The position numbers were made by a program, and so were the translations under genes. A stretch of 64,000 nt of DNA from IMG/VR virus record IMGVR_UViG_3300045971_000577, positions 248,001 through 312,000 of that record; one strand, written 5' to 3'. The notes under the pieces were generated by a model. It had not been told where the DNA came from and did not search any database. It worked only from the letters and a program-made list of their open reading frames with translations. Shown here one piece after another: positions 1 to 8,590 of this stretch. Positions within the stretch are counted from its first letter, which is position 1. The number at the start of each line of letters is the position of its first letter.

Positions 1-232
1 TGCTGCCATCACACTCGCCCGCCAAAATCTTTGCACTCAATACCCGGGTTAGTACCGAAGTGACTTCTAACAATACAACTGTGCCTTTCTGTAGCTTACT
101 AAACTCTATGCCTTCTGTGCGAGGATATAGATTGTAAACATTTCCATTCTGTACTTTTGCAAGTGCGATGTTTCCGTTTGGATGAACATCCACAACTTTA
201 CCTTCTACAAAGAATGGTATTTCACGTGCCAT
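1..232 (-). CDS. Hypothetical protein, truncated by window edge (MAREIPFFVEGKVVDVHPNG...)
   Basis: Open frame from ATG at 232 to the window start, read manually. Confidence 0.6.
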   Translation of the reverse strand, partial: MAREIPFFVEGKVVDVHPNGNIALAKVQNGNVYNLYPRTEGIEFSKLQKGTVVLLEVTSVLTRVLSAKILAGECDGS

Positions 233-532
233 CCTTTATTTATCTTATGGTGCCCTTTGTCAGAATTGAACTGACCTTTCATCTATACCAAAGATGCGTG
301 TTCGCCAATGTCACTAAAAGGGCTAAAGAGAATAGACATATAGAATTATTTTTATAATTCTATAATAAGGTCCAGGGGATATATCATTATTTATAATATA
401 ATTGCCTGCGACATATTCTATGAAAAATGTCGGTAAAAATAGTTAACAATTAAAAACTATTAAAGGTTTGCTGTCAATATAGTAATAGACACGGCGCTTT
501 CGCCATAACAAACATACCAACAAAAACGGTAC

Positions 533-748
533 TTAGTCCGGTGCTACAGCGCCTCTTGGTTTGCCCTTGGCGGAACTGTCGTGGTCTTTCGACTTCAGTG
601 CTGCACGGCGCGCCGATTCTTCACACAACTGAGCATCAATCATCCCGCGCAGCCATGCACCTCGTTCGTGTGCATCCTTGAATTTGGTCAAGGTCAGCAT
701 GGTTTTAAGTTGCGGCTTCATACGGAAATTCTTATCAGGTGTCATCAT
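533..748 (-). CDS. Hypothetical protein
   Basis: ORF track; ATGA overlap with upstream gene. Confidence 0.6.
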   Translation of the reverse strand: MMTPDKNFRMKPQLKTMLTLTKFKDAHERGAWLRGMIDAQLCEESARRAALKSKDHDSSAKGKPRGAVAPD

Positions 749-1101
749 TGTGATTCTTTCTTTTCTGCTTGAATGCGTTGATTTATATGTTTTCTAACCG
801 AACCTACTTGCTCTGTCAATGCACGGGTTTTCTTCTCCGATGCATCTTGCCTCTTATTGAGTGCAACTATAGCATTGTTTACCGCGTTTAGTCTACCGGT
901 ATTATTTTCTGAAACGTTGACTGATCTTACAACATTTTCTTTGTAGTGAACTGTAATGGTTTCTGCCACAACGTCCCACACTACATCGTTTACCTTGAAG
1001 TATTCGTCGTCAAACATTAAAGAATCGCCAACACGTGGAATGTGGTTAGCAGTTCCTGCATTGTATATATTACCGTAATCGTCTTCGTATATTAGTTTCA
1101 T
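745..1101 (-). CDS. Hypothetical protein with C-terminal coiled coil
   Basis: ORF track; follows tRNA-Asn. Confidence 0.7.
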   Translation of the reverse strand: MKLIYEDDYGNIYNAGTANHIPRVGDSLMFDDEYFKVNDVVWDVVAETITVHYKENVVRSVNVSENNTGRLNAVNNAIVALNKRQDASEKKTRALTEQVGSVRKHINQRIQAEKKESQ

Positions 1102-1108
1102 TTTATAT

Positions 1109-1183
1109 TGGCTCCCCAGGATGGGATCGAACCACCGACCACTCGATTAACAGTCGAGGGCTCTGCCGCTGAGCTACTAGGGA
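1109..1183 (-). tRNA. tRNA-Asn(GTT)
   Basis: Cloverleaf; loop CTGTTAA; encoded CCA. Confidence 0.95.
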
Positions 1184-1190
1184 ATATTCT

Positions 1191-1589
1191 TTATCTATTT
1201 ATGCTTCTACTGCCTCGACCATTTCCTTTATTCTTAGCAGTAAATGTATCAGTCTGGCTATGGCAGTTTGGACAAAGTAATCTAACATTATCCGGTTTAT
1301 CATTACTTGCATCTCCGTCGATGTGGTCTAACTGTAACATCAATGGTTTCCCATTATGCTCGCCTTTATTCCCACAATCAACGCAAATATTTCCGTAAAG
1401 ATATTTCAATACCCGTTTCAGGGTTGGTCTCTCTTTTATTTCACCCTTAAGAAATCTCGGTATAGTTACTTCTTTTAGTTTATATTCCGACTGGCATTCT
1501 CTACTACAATATTTGTTAGGATTGGTAGTGGTGGTAGAATGCAAGATAGGACGAGAGTTACCGCAGTTTATACAAACTATACATTTCAT
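1191..1589 (-). CDS. HNH homing endonuclease with Zn-binding Cys pairs
   Basis: LQLDHIDGDASNDKPDNVRLLCPNCH HNH motif; start moved to MKCIVC (1589) because the ORF-track start lies inside tRNA-Ala. Confidence 0.9.
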   Translation of the reverse strand: MKCIVCINCGNSRPILHSTTTTNPNKYCSRECQSEYKLKEVTIPRFLKGEIKERPTLKRVLKYLYGNICVDCGNKGEHNGKPLMLQLDHIDGDASNDKPDNVRLLCPNCHSQTDTFTAKNKGNGRGSRSINR

Positions 1590-1594
1590 GTTAT

Positions 1595-1668
1595 TGGTGG
1601 ACCTGGGGAGAATCGAACTCCCATAAATAGCTTGCAAAGCTACCGTAATCCCATTATACTACAGGCCC
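1595..1668 (-). tRNA. tRNA-Ala(TGC)
   Basis: Loop TTTGCAA; G3:U70; CCA. Confidence 0.93.
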
Positions 1669-1718
1669 AATATTCTTACTGTTCTCACAGTGTACTTATT
1701 TATCTCTCGTAAGTCAAG

Positions 1719-2423
1719 TCACAATATCTCTTCGGTTTTGAGATTGAAGTGTTCCATTTTGGACAGTGCAATCCAATGATGTGCTTCTTCCCAGTTGGAC
1801 ATATCCACTGCACTACGAACACTCATCTTATTGGGGATTTCCCAATAACCAAACTTCTCAGTAATCTCAAGTTCTTTAAATGGCACACGTTTCAAATCGA
1901 TGTAGCGAAGTTTCATTGAAGAATCATCTCCCCAAACACAACCACCGAGGAATCCAAAGTTACAATACTGTGTCCCTTTGCAACCTACAGAAAGTCCTTC
2001 GGCTGTGAACTCGTCAACAGATACTTCATTATCCACCAACGAGTACTCGTATTCGTGAATAGTATCGCCAACTCCGACAGAATCGGTCATTGTATGATAA
2101 CGTGGCACATAGATTTCCATAGGACAAAATCCATGTGCAACAGGTTCTTCACCACACCAATCTTCGATATGATCTGTATTCAATCGCATTACACGAAGTG
2201 CGGTATATGACACACTATATAATGCATACCATTGATCTTCGAGCTGAAAAGGATAGAATGTACCTACGCCATTTCCATAATTACGAAGATATTCACCGAC
2301 CAAAATATTATCACGGTAGATTGAGACTTTTTCAGAATCCCATATACCTGGTTGATTTTGGATTGTTTCGGCAACAATGTTGAATGGTGTGCCGATAAAT
2401 GATTTACCTTGTGATATTTTCAT
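1719..2423 (-). CDS. Hypothetical protein (234 aa)
   Basis: ORF track. Confidence 0.75.
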   Translation of the reverse strand: MKISQGKSFIGTPFNIVAETIQNQPGIWDSEKVSIYRDNILVGEYLRNYGNGVGTFYPFQLEDQWYALYSVSYTALRVMRLNTDHIEDWCGEEPVAHGFCPMEIYVPRYHTMTDSVGVGDTIHEYEYSLVDNEVSVDEFTAEGLSVGCKGTQYCNFGFLGGCVWGDDSSMKLRYIDLKRVPFKELEITEKFGYWEIPNKMSVRSAVDMSNWEEAHHWIALSKMEHFNLKTEEIL

Positions 2424-2429
2424 GATTTC

Positions 2430-2885
2430 TCTATAAAATAGGTGAATGTTTTGCTAATCGATCATCGAGCTATCATCGGACTTCCAGCGGATTACCAATC
2501 CTAAGTCTCAGTATTTGCGCATTTTCCCAACATCCAGCAGGAGATATAGTAAGACAGGAAAGCGGCTCTCGCAGTTTATCTATCTGTTGCAGCATATCCA
2601 CCGGTATATCTCTTTCTTCGCAGGCCTTTACCCGTAAAAAGTGCTATAGGTGGTAAACCCATTCTGACTAACGCATTTACGTGGCGTACACCACAACCTT
2701 GGCTTGATATCAGCTTTCGGGATCTAAGTCATATACGGTATCTAAAGCGAGATACGATGTACATTGTATGGCACATCCATTTCACCACGTACAGCCGGTG
2801 TACACCAACAGTTACCCACTGTCGAAGGATTGAAGTACCTTTACGGTATACCATCTTCAAGTCTTGGTCGGAACAATGTTCCAAA
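2430..2885 (-). ncRNA. Candidate large structured ncRNA (~455 nt) directly downstream of tRNA-Pro
   Basis: No convincing ORF; serial hairpins (TTGAAG/CTTCAA, GACAGT/ACTGTT, GTATCT/AGATAC, GAGATATA/TATATCTC). Confidence 0.55.
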
Positions 2886-2887
2886 AA

Positions 2888-2966
2888 TGGTCTCGGTGGT
2901 GGGATTTGAACTCACATTATTCTTCGCCCCAAACGAAGCGCCATGACCAGATTAGGCGACACCGAG
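2888..2966 (-). tRNA. tRNA-Pro(TGG)
   Basis: Loop TTTGGGG; CCA. Confidence 0.92.
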
Positions 2967-3539
2967 TTTATTCTGAAATTCTATTATATAGTTATTTATC
3001 TTTTCTTCTATCTTTGTAAATAATCCTCTGTGGCAATATGCGTGATGCGTAGGACACAATGGAATCAAGTTTGTAATCGAGTTATTATCTCTGTTGCAAT
3101 CTAAATGATGGACATCTACTGCATCTGTTTCGCCACAAACTACACACTTCTTTTCGTGGTGACTATAGCATATTGTCGAATACTGTGTATATCTTTCTGG
3201 CTTATTTCTTAATTCTCTAAAAAATTTATTCGAGCAACTATGCGAACATGTACCCTTGCTGTGCTTATAATCTTTTATTACATTTTCGCATACAACACAG
3301 TTCTTTGTGTTTGCTGGATTTAGATAACATGCATCCTGATGCTTGGTTCTATTCGGTTCCGATATATTCTTATTGCAAAATATGCAATTTATCTTTTTCT
3401 TATTTACTAAAATCCAGTTGCTCGGTTTGTCAGTTTTCTTATAGCTCAAATGAGCACGAAAGGCCTTTTCACTCTTGTAAACTTTACCATTATTTGGACT
3501 TGTGTATGTCCCATCGATGTTGCGATATTCTTGCATCAA
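2952..3539 (-). CDS. HNH homing endonuclease
   Basis: CVVCGETDAVDVHHLDCNRDNNSITNLIPLCPTHH; CATAAATA late promoter just upstream; 3' end overlaps tRNA-Pro. Confidence 0.9.
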   Translation of the reverse strand: MMQEYRNIDGTYTSPNNGKVYKSEKAFRAHLSYKKTDKPSNWILVNKKKINCIFCNKNISEPNRTKHQDACYLNPANTKNCVVCENVIKDYKHSKGTCSHSCSNKFFRELRNKPERYTQYSTICYSHHEKKCVVCGETDAVDVHHLDCNRDNNSITNLIPLCPTHHAYCHRGLFTKIEEKINNYIIEFQNKLGVA

Positions 3540-3559
3540 CTATTTATGCTCGGAGCATA

Positions 3560-4078
3560 AGTTTTGCACAAATCGCGAACATCGACCATGAATTATTGCT
3601 TGTGTGGGTCTTTCCAAATACACCCTGGTCACTAACGATTCGGCCCCCGGTATGTTTGACGCATCCATGGATGCAAAGTGTTACTACTCACTCGGGCTGT
3701 TTACCGTAAACCCCACAAAACCGCCCAACTCTCGTGTGGCCATGTTGGCGAGACCCCTCTAAAATACGTCGCAAGGATTGACGGGTACACTTTTACATGC
3801 GGTACCGTACATGTGGAATTTGTGTTTCGCTCAGTGTTTTCGACGCACCTTGCTAACGTTTCAACTCACGTGGCAGTTGACTATACCAAAAGTTCGAGCA
3901 TAGTTAAGTATATCTCAAGTAACCCGACGCAGCAGGTTACAACTATTACCCAGTTTAGGAGCTTGGCAACTATTCTCCGCTACGATTTTACACCGCGTGC
4001 CTGGTGCGACTGGACTGGCCAAGGTTTTCACTCCTCGTTTTACCCGGCTTTCCGATCTCTCGGTGCCGCGCCATATTC
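3560..4078 (-). ncRNA. Candidate large ornate ncRNA (~520 nt; GOLLD/ROOL-class by size and context, family not confirmed)
   Basis: GC-richer non-coding stretch with many hairpins (CCGA-GAGA-TCGG, GTAACC/GGTTAC, GCAAGG/CCTTGC, GTTTAC/GTAAAC, GCATC/GATGC) among tRNA genes. Confidence 0.6.
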
Positions 4079-4079
4079 T

Positions 4080-4253
4080 TTACTTCAACAGACCCCAACT
4101 TGCGCCAATCGGCTCAGTATCGTATCCACATTCCCTGAGTTGAGTAGCAACCCACGCTGCTATCTCTTCTCTACTCTTGTTATGCATATATTCTGCACTT
4201 ACAAGAGCAACTTGGAACATAATATCGATTAGGTCTTGTTCTTTGCTTCTCAT
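4080..4253 (-). CDS. Hypothetical protein (MRSKEQDLIDIMFQ...GASWGLLK)
   Basis: ORF track, trimmed to the ATG after tRNA-Val. Confidence 0.6.
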   Translation of the reverse strand: MRSKEQDLIDIMFQVALVSAEYMHNKSREEIAAWVATQLRECGYDTEPIGASWGLLK

Positions 4254-4259
4254 AATATT

Positions 4260-4334
4260 TGGTGGGCGGTGAGGGTTTCGAACCCCCGACAACCTGAATG
4301 TAAATCAGGGACTCTACCACTGAGCTAACCGCCC
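4260..4334 (-). tRNA. tRNA-Val(TAC)
   Basis: Loop TTTACAT; CCA. Confidence 0.93.
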
Positions 4335-4342
4335 AAATATCT

Positions 4343-4621
4343 CTAACTTGACTCTATTTTACCGCCTAGCAATGCTACTGTCAATGACTCCGAATCTGGT
4401 TGTGTACCGTTTTTCAGTGTGATTGATGTCACCCATTCGTTGAATTCATCCATTAGCCAAACACAACCGGACCACTCAAATGTTCCTTCTGCGCCGTCTA
4501 AAAATCCTCGAGAGTGGGCGACCCATTTTACCAATCCACTATCGCATGCTCGTTTTATGAGCGGCAACAGTGCCTTATCAAATCCTGTACAACTAACATA
4601 TTCAAGTTCTGGCCAGGCCAT
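4343..4621 (-). CDS. Hypothetical protein
   Basis: ORF track. Confidence 0.7.
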   Translation of the reverse strand: MAWPELEYVSCTGFDKALLPLIKRACDSGLVKWVAHSRGFLDGAEGTFEWSGCVWLMDEFNEWVTSITLKNGTQPDSESLTVALLGGKIESS

Positions 4622-4637
4622 ATTATTCTTTTAAAGT

Positions 4638-4759
4638 GTTGTAGCTATCGAAATACATGGGCCCGGTTATCGCTTCGATCACGTCGCAGGACTTTCACCT
4701 ACCCCGATATACCACCTAAATGGTAGTGACCATTACTCCCAACATACATAAACTACAAC
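4638..4759 (-). ncRNA. Candidate ~120-nt structured RNA
   Basis: Closing stem GTTGTAGTT/AGCTACAAC; internal TACCA/TGGTA and GTAGG-TGAAAGT-CCTGC hairpins. Confidence 0.45.
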
Positions 4760-4772
4760 GGTATATTTAGTC

Positions 4773-4828
4773 AGAATGCGTTTTTTCAATTTTACGATTT
4801 GATTATTTTGAATTGCTGAATGCATTCT
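4773..4828 (-). ncRNA. Anticodon-stem-loop-like element, copy 1 (TCGTAAA, Tyr-like loop)
   Basis: TTTCTAA, then stem AGAATGC, ATTCAGCAA motif, inner stem-loop, GCATTCT. Confidence 0.5.
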
Positions 4829-4879
4829 TTAGAAATTTAGACTTCGTAACTGCGTTGTCTATGCAGCTACTATAACACC

Positions 4880-5101
4880 TTACCGGGCTGCTGTCAAATA
4901 GTTCGCCCACATTCTTTTCTTGGCCCAGGGCAGTTCACCGTCCACAGCAAGCCAGGCCGGCTTACCGTCAATAGTGCGATTATCTCTTCCAGTTGTACTA
5001 TAGCAACCATCGAAGCAGTGAGTGGGCGAACCATTCACCTTTTCCCAATTGTGGGTCAACTTACCACAGCATACACATCGTTTACGCATAGTTTCTTTCA
5101 T
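4880..5101 (-). CDS. Hypothetical Cys-rich protein
   Basis: ORF track; CVCC...CFDGC. Confidence 0.6.
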   Translation of the reverse strand: MKETMRKRCVCCGKLTHNWEKVNGSPTHCFDGCYSTTGRDNRTIDGKPAWLAVDGELPWAKKRMWANYLTAAR

Positions 5102-5366
5102 ATTGAATAGAATAGCTAAAGCCGCTTTTTCACCACAAATCCAATACCATAGTACCTACAGAATAAAGATGTATGCTTTATCCCTGCCTATAGTCGAAGG
5201 GCCAATTATTCCCTTACTTTAGCCCTCTGGCCCCCAAATACAGTGGTGACCAATTACGCTAATCGCTGTCTAAACTCCACCTCGGTCGATAACCGAAACT
5301 TGTTCGGGTGTTTCGAGTTCAGTTCAACGTGCTGGTATCGGCGTCGCCGTAGACGCTATTCTAACT

Positions 5367-5471
5367 TGGTGCCATGAGGATGGATTCGAACCATCACATT
5401 CGCTAGCCCGCACCGTTCCTCGAGACTGTTGCGGGCAAAATCACGTCCTCTACCGATTGGGATACTCTGGC
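5367..5471 (-). ncRNA. Atypical tRNA-like RNA with a long hairpin replacing the anticodon loop
   Basis: D-arm TCCCAATCGGTAGAGGA, T-arm GATGG-TTCGAAT-CCATC, ACCA end; inserted GCCCGCA/TGCGGGC stem. Confidence 0.6.
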
Positions 5472-5691
5472 TTATTCAAAATATAGAGGCTCCGGCGCCA
5501 CCGCATTCGCGACACTATTGCGCTTTTTTGGGGTGAAGTAACTTCACCAATACCGGTTTTATGCATATCACTGTATGGAAGGATTTTCACCTACAACACT
5601 GCACCTACTCAATATATCTAATACCATCCGTGGATCGTAGTGTAACATATTTTTTCAATGTCGTTCTGATAATTGAACTACATACATTATT

Positions 5692-5777
5692 TGGTGCCCC
5701 CTGGGAGACTCGAACTCCCAATGCCTTGCGGCGCCAGAACCTAAATCTGGTGCGTCTACCAATTTCGCCAAAGGGGC
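5692..5777 (-). tRNA. tRNA-Leu(TAG), long variable arm
   Basis: Loop TTTAGGT; GCC-GCAA-GGC variable arm; CCA. Confidence 0.95.
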
Positions 5778-5790
5778 AAATACTTGTCAC

Positions 5791-5819
5791 ATTATAGTAT
5801 GCTATTTATGAAAGATCAA
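5791..5819 (-). promoter_or_regulatory. Sigma70-type promoter with an embedded late-promoter motif
   Basis: TTGATC-N17-TATAAT with CATAAATA in the spacer. Confidence 0.6.
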
Positions 5820-5820
5820 T

Positions 5821-6006
5821 CTAACCGTTGTTGGTTTCTCTCTTTTTTGCACTGTGATTTATGATAATTATCGATCTGTCTTCAATCTCAAAGTCAATCT
5901 CATCACCCTCGAGCCAACCGTACTTCTTGATTAGCTCGGGCGGGAATGGGAGAATTACATCTCCGTTTTCATCTTCTTCGATTGTTACTGTCCAGGAGTT
6001 TTGCAT
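5821..6006 (-). CDS. AbrB/MazE/SpoVT-like DNA-binding protein
   Basis: GDVILPFPPELIKKYGWLEGDEIDFEIE pattern. Confidence 0.7.
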   Translation of the reverse strand: MQNSWTVTIEEDENGDVILPFPPELIKKYGWLEGDEIDFEIEDRSIIIINHSAKKRETNNG

Positions 6007-6158
6007 GGTAGTTCTAATCCTTCGTTTGGCTCAATACCAAAGTGTTCTTTGATTTGTAACACAAGGAGTGAATCGTACGGATTGCTACCTTGCATATGTG
6101 CATTTATCATTTTGCAACATTCTCTTACGGCATTCTTGATGACTTGATCTTCTTCCAT
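5985..6158 (-). CDS. Hypothetical protein (57 aa, MEEDQVIKNAVRECC...)
   Basis: Read manually; start coupled to upstream stop. Confidence 0.55.
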   Translation of the reverse strand: MEEDQVIKNAVRECCKMINAHMQGSNPYDSLLVLQIKEHFGIEPNEGLELPCKTPGQ

Positions 6159-6550
6159 TATCTTTCCAGCACCGTAATTGGCCTACTGATTTTTCTTGCA
6201 TAACGAATTGCTGCCCAGGTTCCACTACGCAAGATCTCATAATCCTGCAGCGGTGAACCAAACATGTATTCTACATCATCGACAATTTCATGATCTCGCA
6301 CAAGGTACGGAAGCGGGTCAAGATAGTGATCACACTTCTTCCATGCCCTGTTACTGCTTGCTTTAGGCGGATGACAAAATATTTCTACATCGGGGAAAAA
6401 TTCTCGTACGATGTCATGTGCCTCGGCATCGGCGCCAATGCAATCGCCATGATGAAATTCAGTAGGATTTAGTTCGTACAATTTCAGTGCGAATTGTTCT
6501 TTCTGATGTTGCGACATTCCCTTACGTGTTCCTGTAAATCCTACTTTCAC
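6158..6550 (-). CDS. SLOG/DprA-like Rossmann-fold protein
   Basis: VGFTGTR, HHGDCIGAD, SGTWAAIRYA motifs. Confidence 0.7.
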   Translation of the reverse strand: MKVGFTGTRKGMSQHQKEQFALKLYELNPTEFHHGDCIGADAEAHDIVREFFPDVEIFCHPPKASSNRAWKKCDHYLDPLPYLVRDHEIVDDVEYMFGSPLQDYEILRSGTWAAIRYARKISRPITVLER

Positions 6551-6849
6551 TTAAATGAATCTCCCCACATCAAAATCAACATGGTCGCATCGCTTTCCTT
6601 CTTGAAGAAGATTTCAGCGAAGTACATGGGGTTGTCAAGGTATTCGCGAATATAGAATTCGCCCTTGAAAGTTGTTTGCAACCACTTTGTAATCTCTACC
6701 CAATTCTCTGGTTGCTGAATAGCAGTGAATTTGATTGCGTAGGGAGACTTCACCGGCAACTTGGACAAGTCGGTAATCCAATATTTGGCAGGAGGAGAAT
6801 CATCCTTGCCTGCAACGGGATCAGACAGATTGTGCAATATGGAGGTCAT
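6547..6849 (-). CDS. Hypothetical protein
   Basis: ORF track, trimmed to ATG 6849. Confidence 0.6.
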   Translation of the reverse strand: MTSILHNLSDPVAGKDDSPPAKYWITDLSKLPVKSPYAIKFTAIQQPENWVEITKWLQTTFKGEFYIREYLDNPMYFAEIFFKKESDATMLILMWGDSFK

Positions 6850-7297
6850 ATAGTGCCTTAAAATAGTCAGGTGAAGTTGTTTTACCGTAATACTTATACC
6901 ATTCAGGTTTCTCACCCAGTCTCAGCATGATACGTTCAACATTTATTGTAATGTCGTCAGCAGTGGGTTGCCAATCGGTTATAATAAATTCGGTCGGAAT
7001 TCCGTAATAAAAGATTTTATTCGCATAGTGATGTTGAAGACTATAGTGTCGATTTTCGACCAGTTCTTGTGTGAGTGCTACATATCTGTTGTGCAGGAAT
7101 CGCATCTTATTATAGAAGAAACACACATGTCCTGCATTCAATGTGTAACGATCTGGAACACTGTCCAGCACATCGTCTAACATCTTTGTCTTCAGTGATC
7201 TACGAAGTGCTGCGGGAACCATCTTGAGTTCACGCCACTCAGCAAAAAGATGCTGATCGGCAAGGTCTTCCGGCCTTACCAAATTTACTCGTGTCAT
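6821..7297 (-). CDS. denV: Pyrimidine-dimer DNA glycosylase / endonuclease V
   Basis: MTRVNLV..LADQHLFAEWREL and YTLNAGHVCFFYNK resemble T4 DenV. Confidence 0.9.
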   Translation of the reverse strand: MTRVNLVRPEDLADQHLFAEWRELKMVPAALRRSLKTKMLDDVLDSVPDRYTLNAGHVCFFYNKMRFLHNRYVALTQELVENRHYSLQHHYANKIFYYGIPTEFIITDWQPTADDITINVERIMLRLGEKPEWYKYYGKTTSPDYFKALYDLHIAQSV

Positions 7298-7470
7298 TGA
7301 CAAAGATCCGTAATGCGGCGAATGGTACGAGCCTGCATATGAACGTCACCCTGATATGTGAAATAGATTTCAGTCAATGCGCGGACACGCTCAGCCAATG
7401 TCCTTGCTGTATCATCAGCAATCTCGTTATTCTGTGCAATTCGCTCAAGAAAAATATCACGTCTATTCAT
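7294..7470 (-). CDS. Hypothetical protein (58 aa)
   Basis: The longer ORF-track call runs through a tRNA; ATG 7470 preferred. Confidence 0.55.
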   Translation of the reverse strand: MNRRDIFLERIAQNNEIADDTARTLAERVRALTEIYFTYQGDVHMQARTIRRITDLCQ

Positions 7471-7569
7471 ATATGCTTTCTGTGTTATGTTGTTTGTGGT
7501 AGGGAACGATCCTACATTATTTCCACCGCACCATGAAGCAGAGGGTCGGGCCGCCTGGACAAACAAAAC

Positions 7570-7644
7570 TGGTGCGTCTGGAGGGAATCGAACCCTCGTC
7601 ATAGGATTTAGAATCCCGTACTCTAACCGCTGAGCTACAAACGC
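7570..7644 (-). tRNA. Amber suppressor tRNA (anticodon CTA)
   Basis: GCGTTTG/CAGACGC acceptor, ACCA; anticodon arm CGGGA-TTCTAAA-TCCTA; anticodon at 7609-7611. Confidence 0.85.
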
Positions 7645-7653
7645 GAATTTAAT

Positions 7654-7761
7654 GATGTGATCGAAGACGCTACTCTCCGACCTTGCCGCTGCCAACCTTA
7701 TAAATAGATGGCCTCGGATGCTCTTTCGAGCAGTGAATGTGCGCTTTACACTAATCACATC
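7654..7761 (-). ncRNA. Candidate ~108-nt structured RNA upstream of the suppressor tRNA
   Basis: Closing stem GATGTGAT/ATCACATC; TGCTC-GAAA-GAGCA; TCCGA/TCGGA. Confidence 0.5.
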
Positions 7762-7769
7762 GTATGTAC

Positions 7770-7797
7770 ATTATACAGTCATACTACTGCACGTCAA
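7770..7797 (-). promoter_or_regulatory. Sigma70-type promoter driving the small RNA and suppressor tRNA
   Basis: TTGACG-N16-TATAAT. Confidence 0.6.
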
Positions 7798-8111
7798 TCG
7801 GCGTGATTGTACAATTTCCACTTCTTGAAGAAGTTGCGATCTCGATTCTCAGTAATAGGCTGGGTGCAGATAGCACTATATCTCATTCCGTTATCAGGTT
7901 CATAGAACATGTAATATTGGATTCCACGTTCTTCCAGCTTCTCAGCAATGGATGCCAGATCATTCTCATCTTTGGCAGACAACAGGATCAAACTCGAAAT
8001 CCCCTAATTGTCCTGGAACTTCTTGCCTGCTTCATAACAGGCGTGCCCGATTTGAACGATCCTTTGAGCATGAGAAATATCCTCACGAATGAATGTGTAG
8101 ATGTAGCTCAT
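7794..8111 (-). CDS. Pth2-like peptidyl-tRNA hydrolase interrupted by an in-frame TAG (8004-8006)
   Basis: MSYIYTFIREDISHAQRIVQIGHACYEAG...N*GISSLILLSAKDE...FYEPD...SAICTQP; one frame on both sides of the TAG; ATGA-coupled start. Confidence 0.75.
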
Positions 8112-8470
8112 TTGAATGCTTCCTTACGAAGTTCTTGTGCAATCTTCCAGACAGCATCTTGCTCCGACGGAGTAAGCCAACTGTATAACACCGATCCGCG
8201 AACAGACCAGAGTGCGCTATTCAGCGAACCGAATGGTGCTGCACCGTTATCGAGCTTGACTTTGTTAGTGATGGGGAAGAATGACTTACGCAGACGTGAC
8301 TCAGCACCTTCGAGACCTTCGCCCCTCATAACGGAACGATAGATGCACAAAGCGGCAATATCAGCACTGGTAATGTTACGGAGAGCAGCTCGTGCTTTCC
8401 ATTTTGCCCGAGTGTCCGTGAAAACGGGTTGGGACTTTTCTTCGGTAACTTGATTTGTAAAACTAAACAT
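8108..8470 (-). CDS. Hypothetical protein
   Basis: ORF track; AAGGA RBS. Confidence 0.75.
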   Translation of the reverse strand: MFSFTNQVTEEKSQPVFTDTRAKWKARAALRNITSADIAALCIYRSVMRGEGLEGAESRLRKSFFPITNKVKLDNGAAPFGSLNSALWSVRGSVLYSWLTPSEQDAVWKIAQELRKEAFK

Positions 8471-8590
8471 GATTTATTCCTTAAAAATTGGTTTGAATGA
8501 AAACAAAATTGCAATGTGAACTTCAAACGTTCTTAAGAAGAATCAAAATAAACCTACATCATGGTAGTATCTCCGGTTGTTGTAACTGTA

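Noticed and set aside
3690-4160. Long-range helix GTTGCTACTCAACTC with GAGTGAGTAGTAAC extending the ncRNA to ~4160
   Set aside because: The 5' strand lies within codons of a plausible protein (WVATQLR), so it may be chance. The ncRNA boundary was kept at the stop codon.
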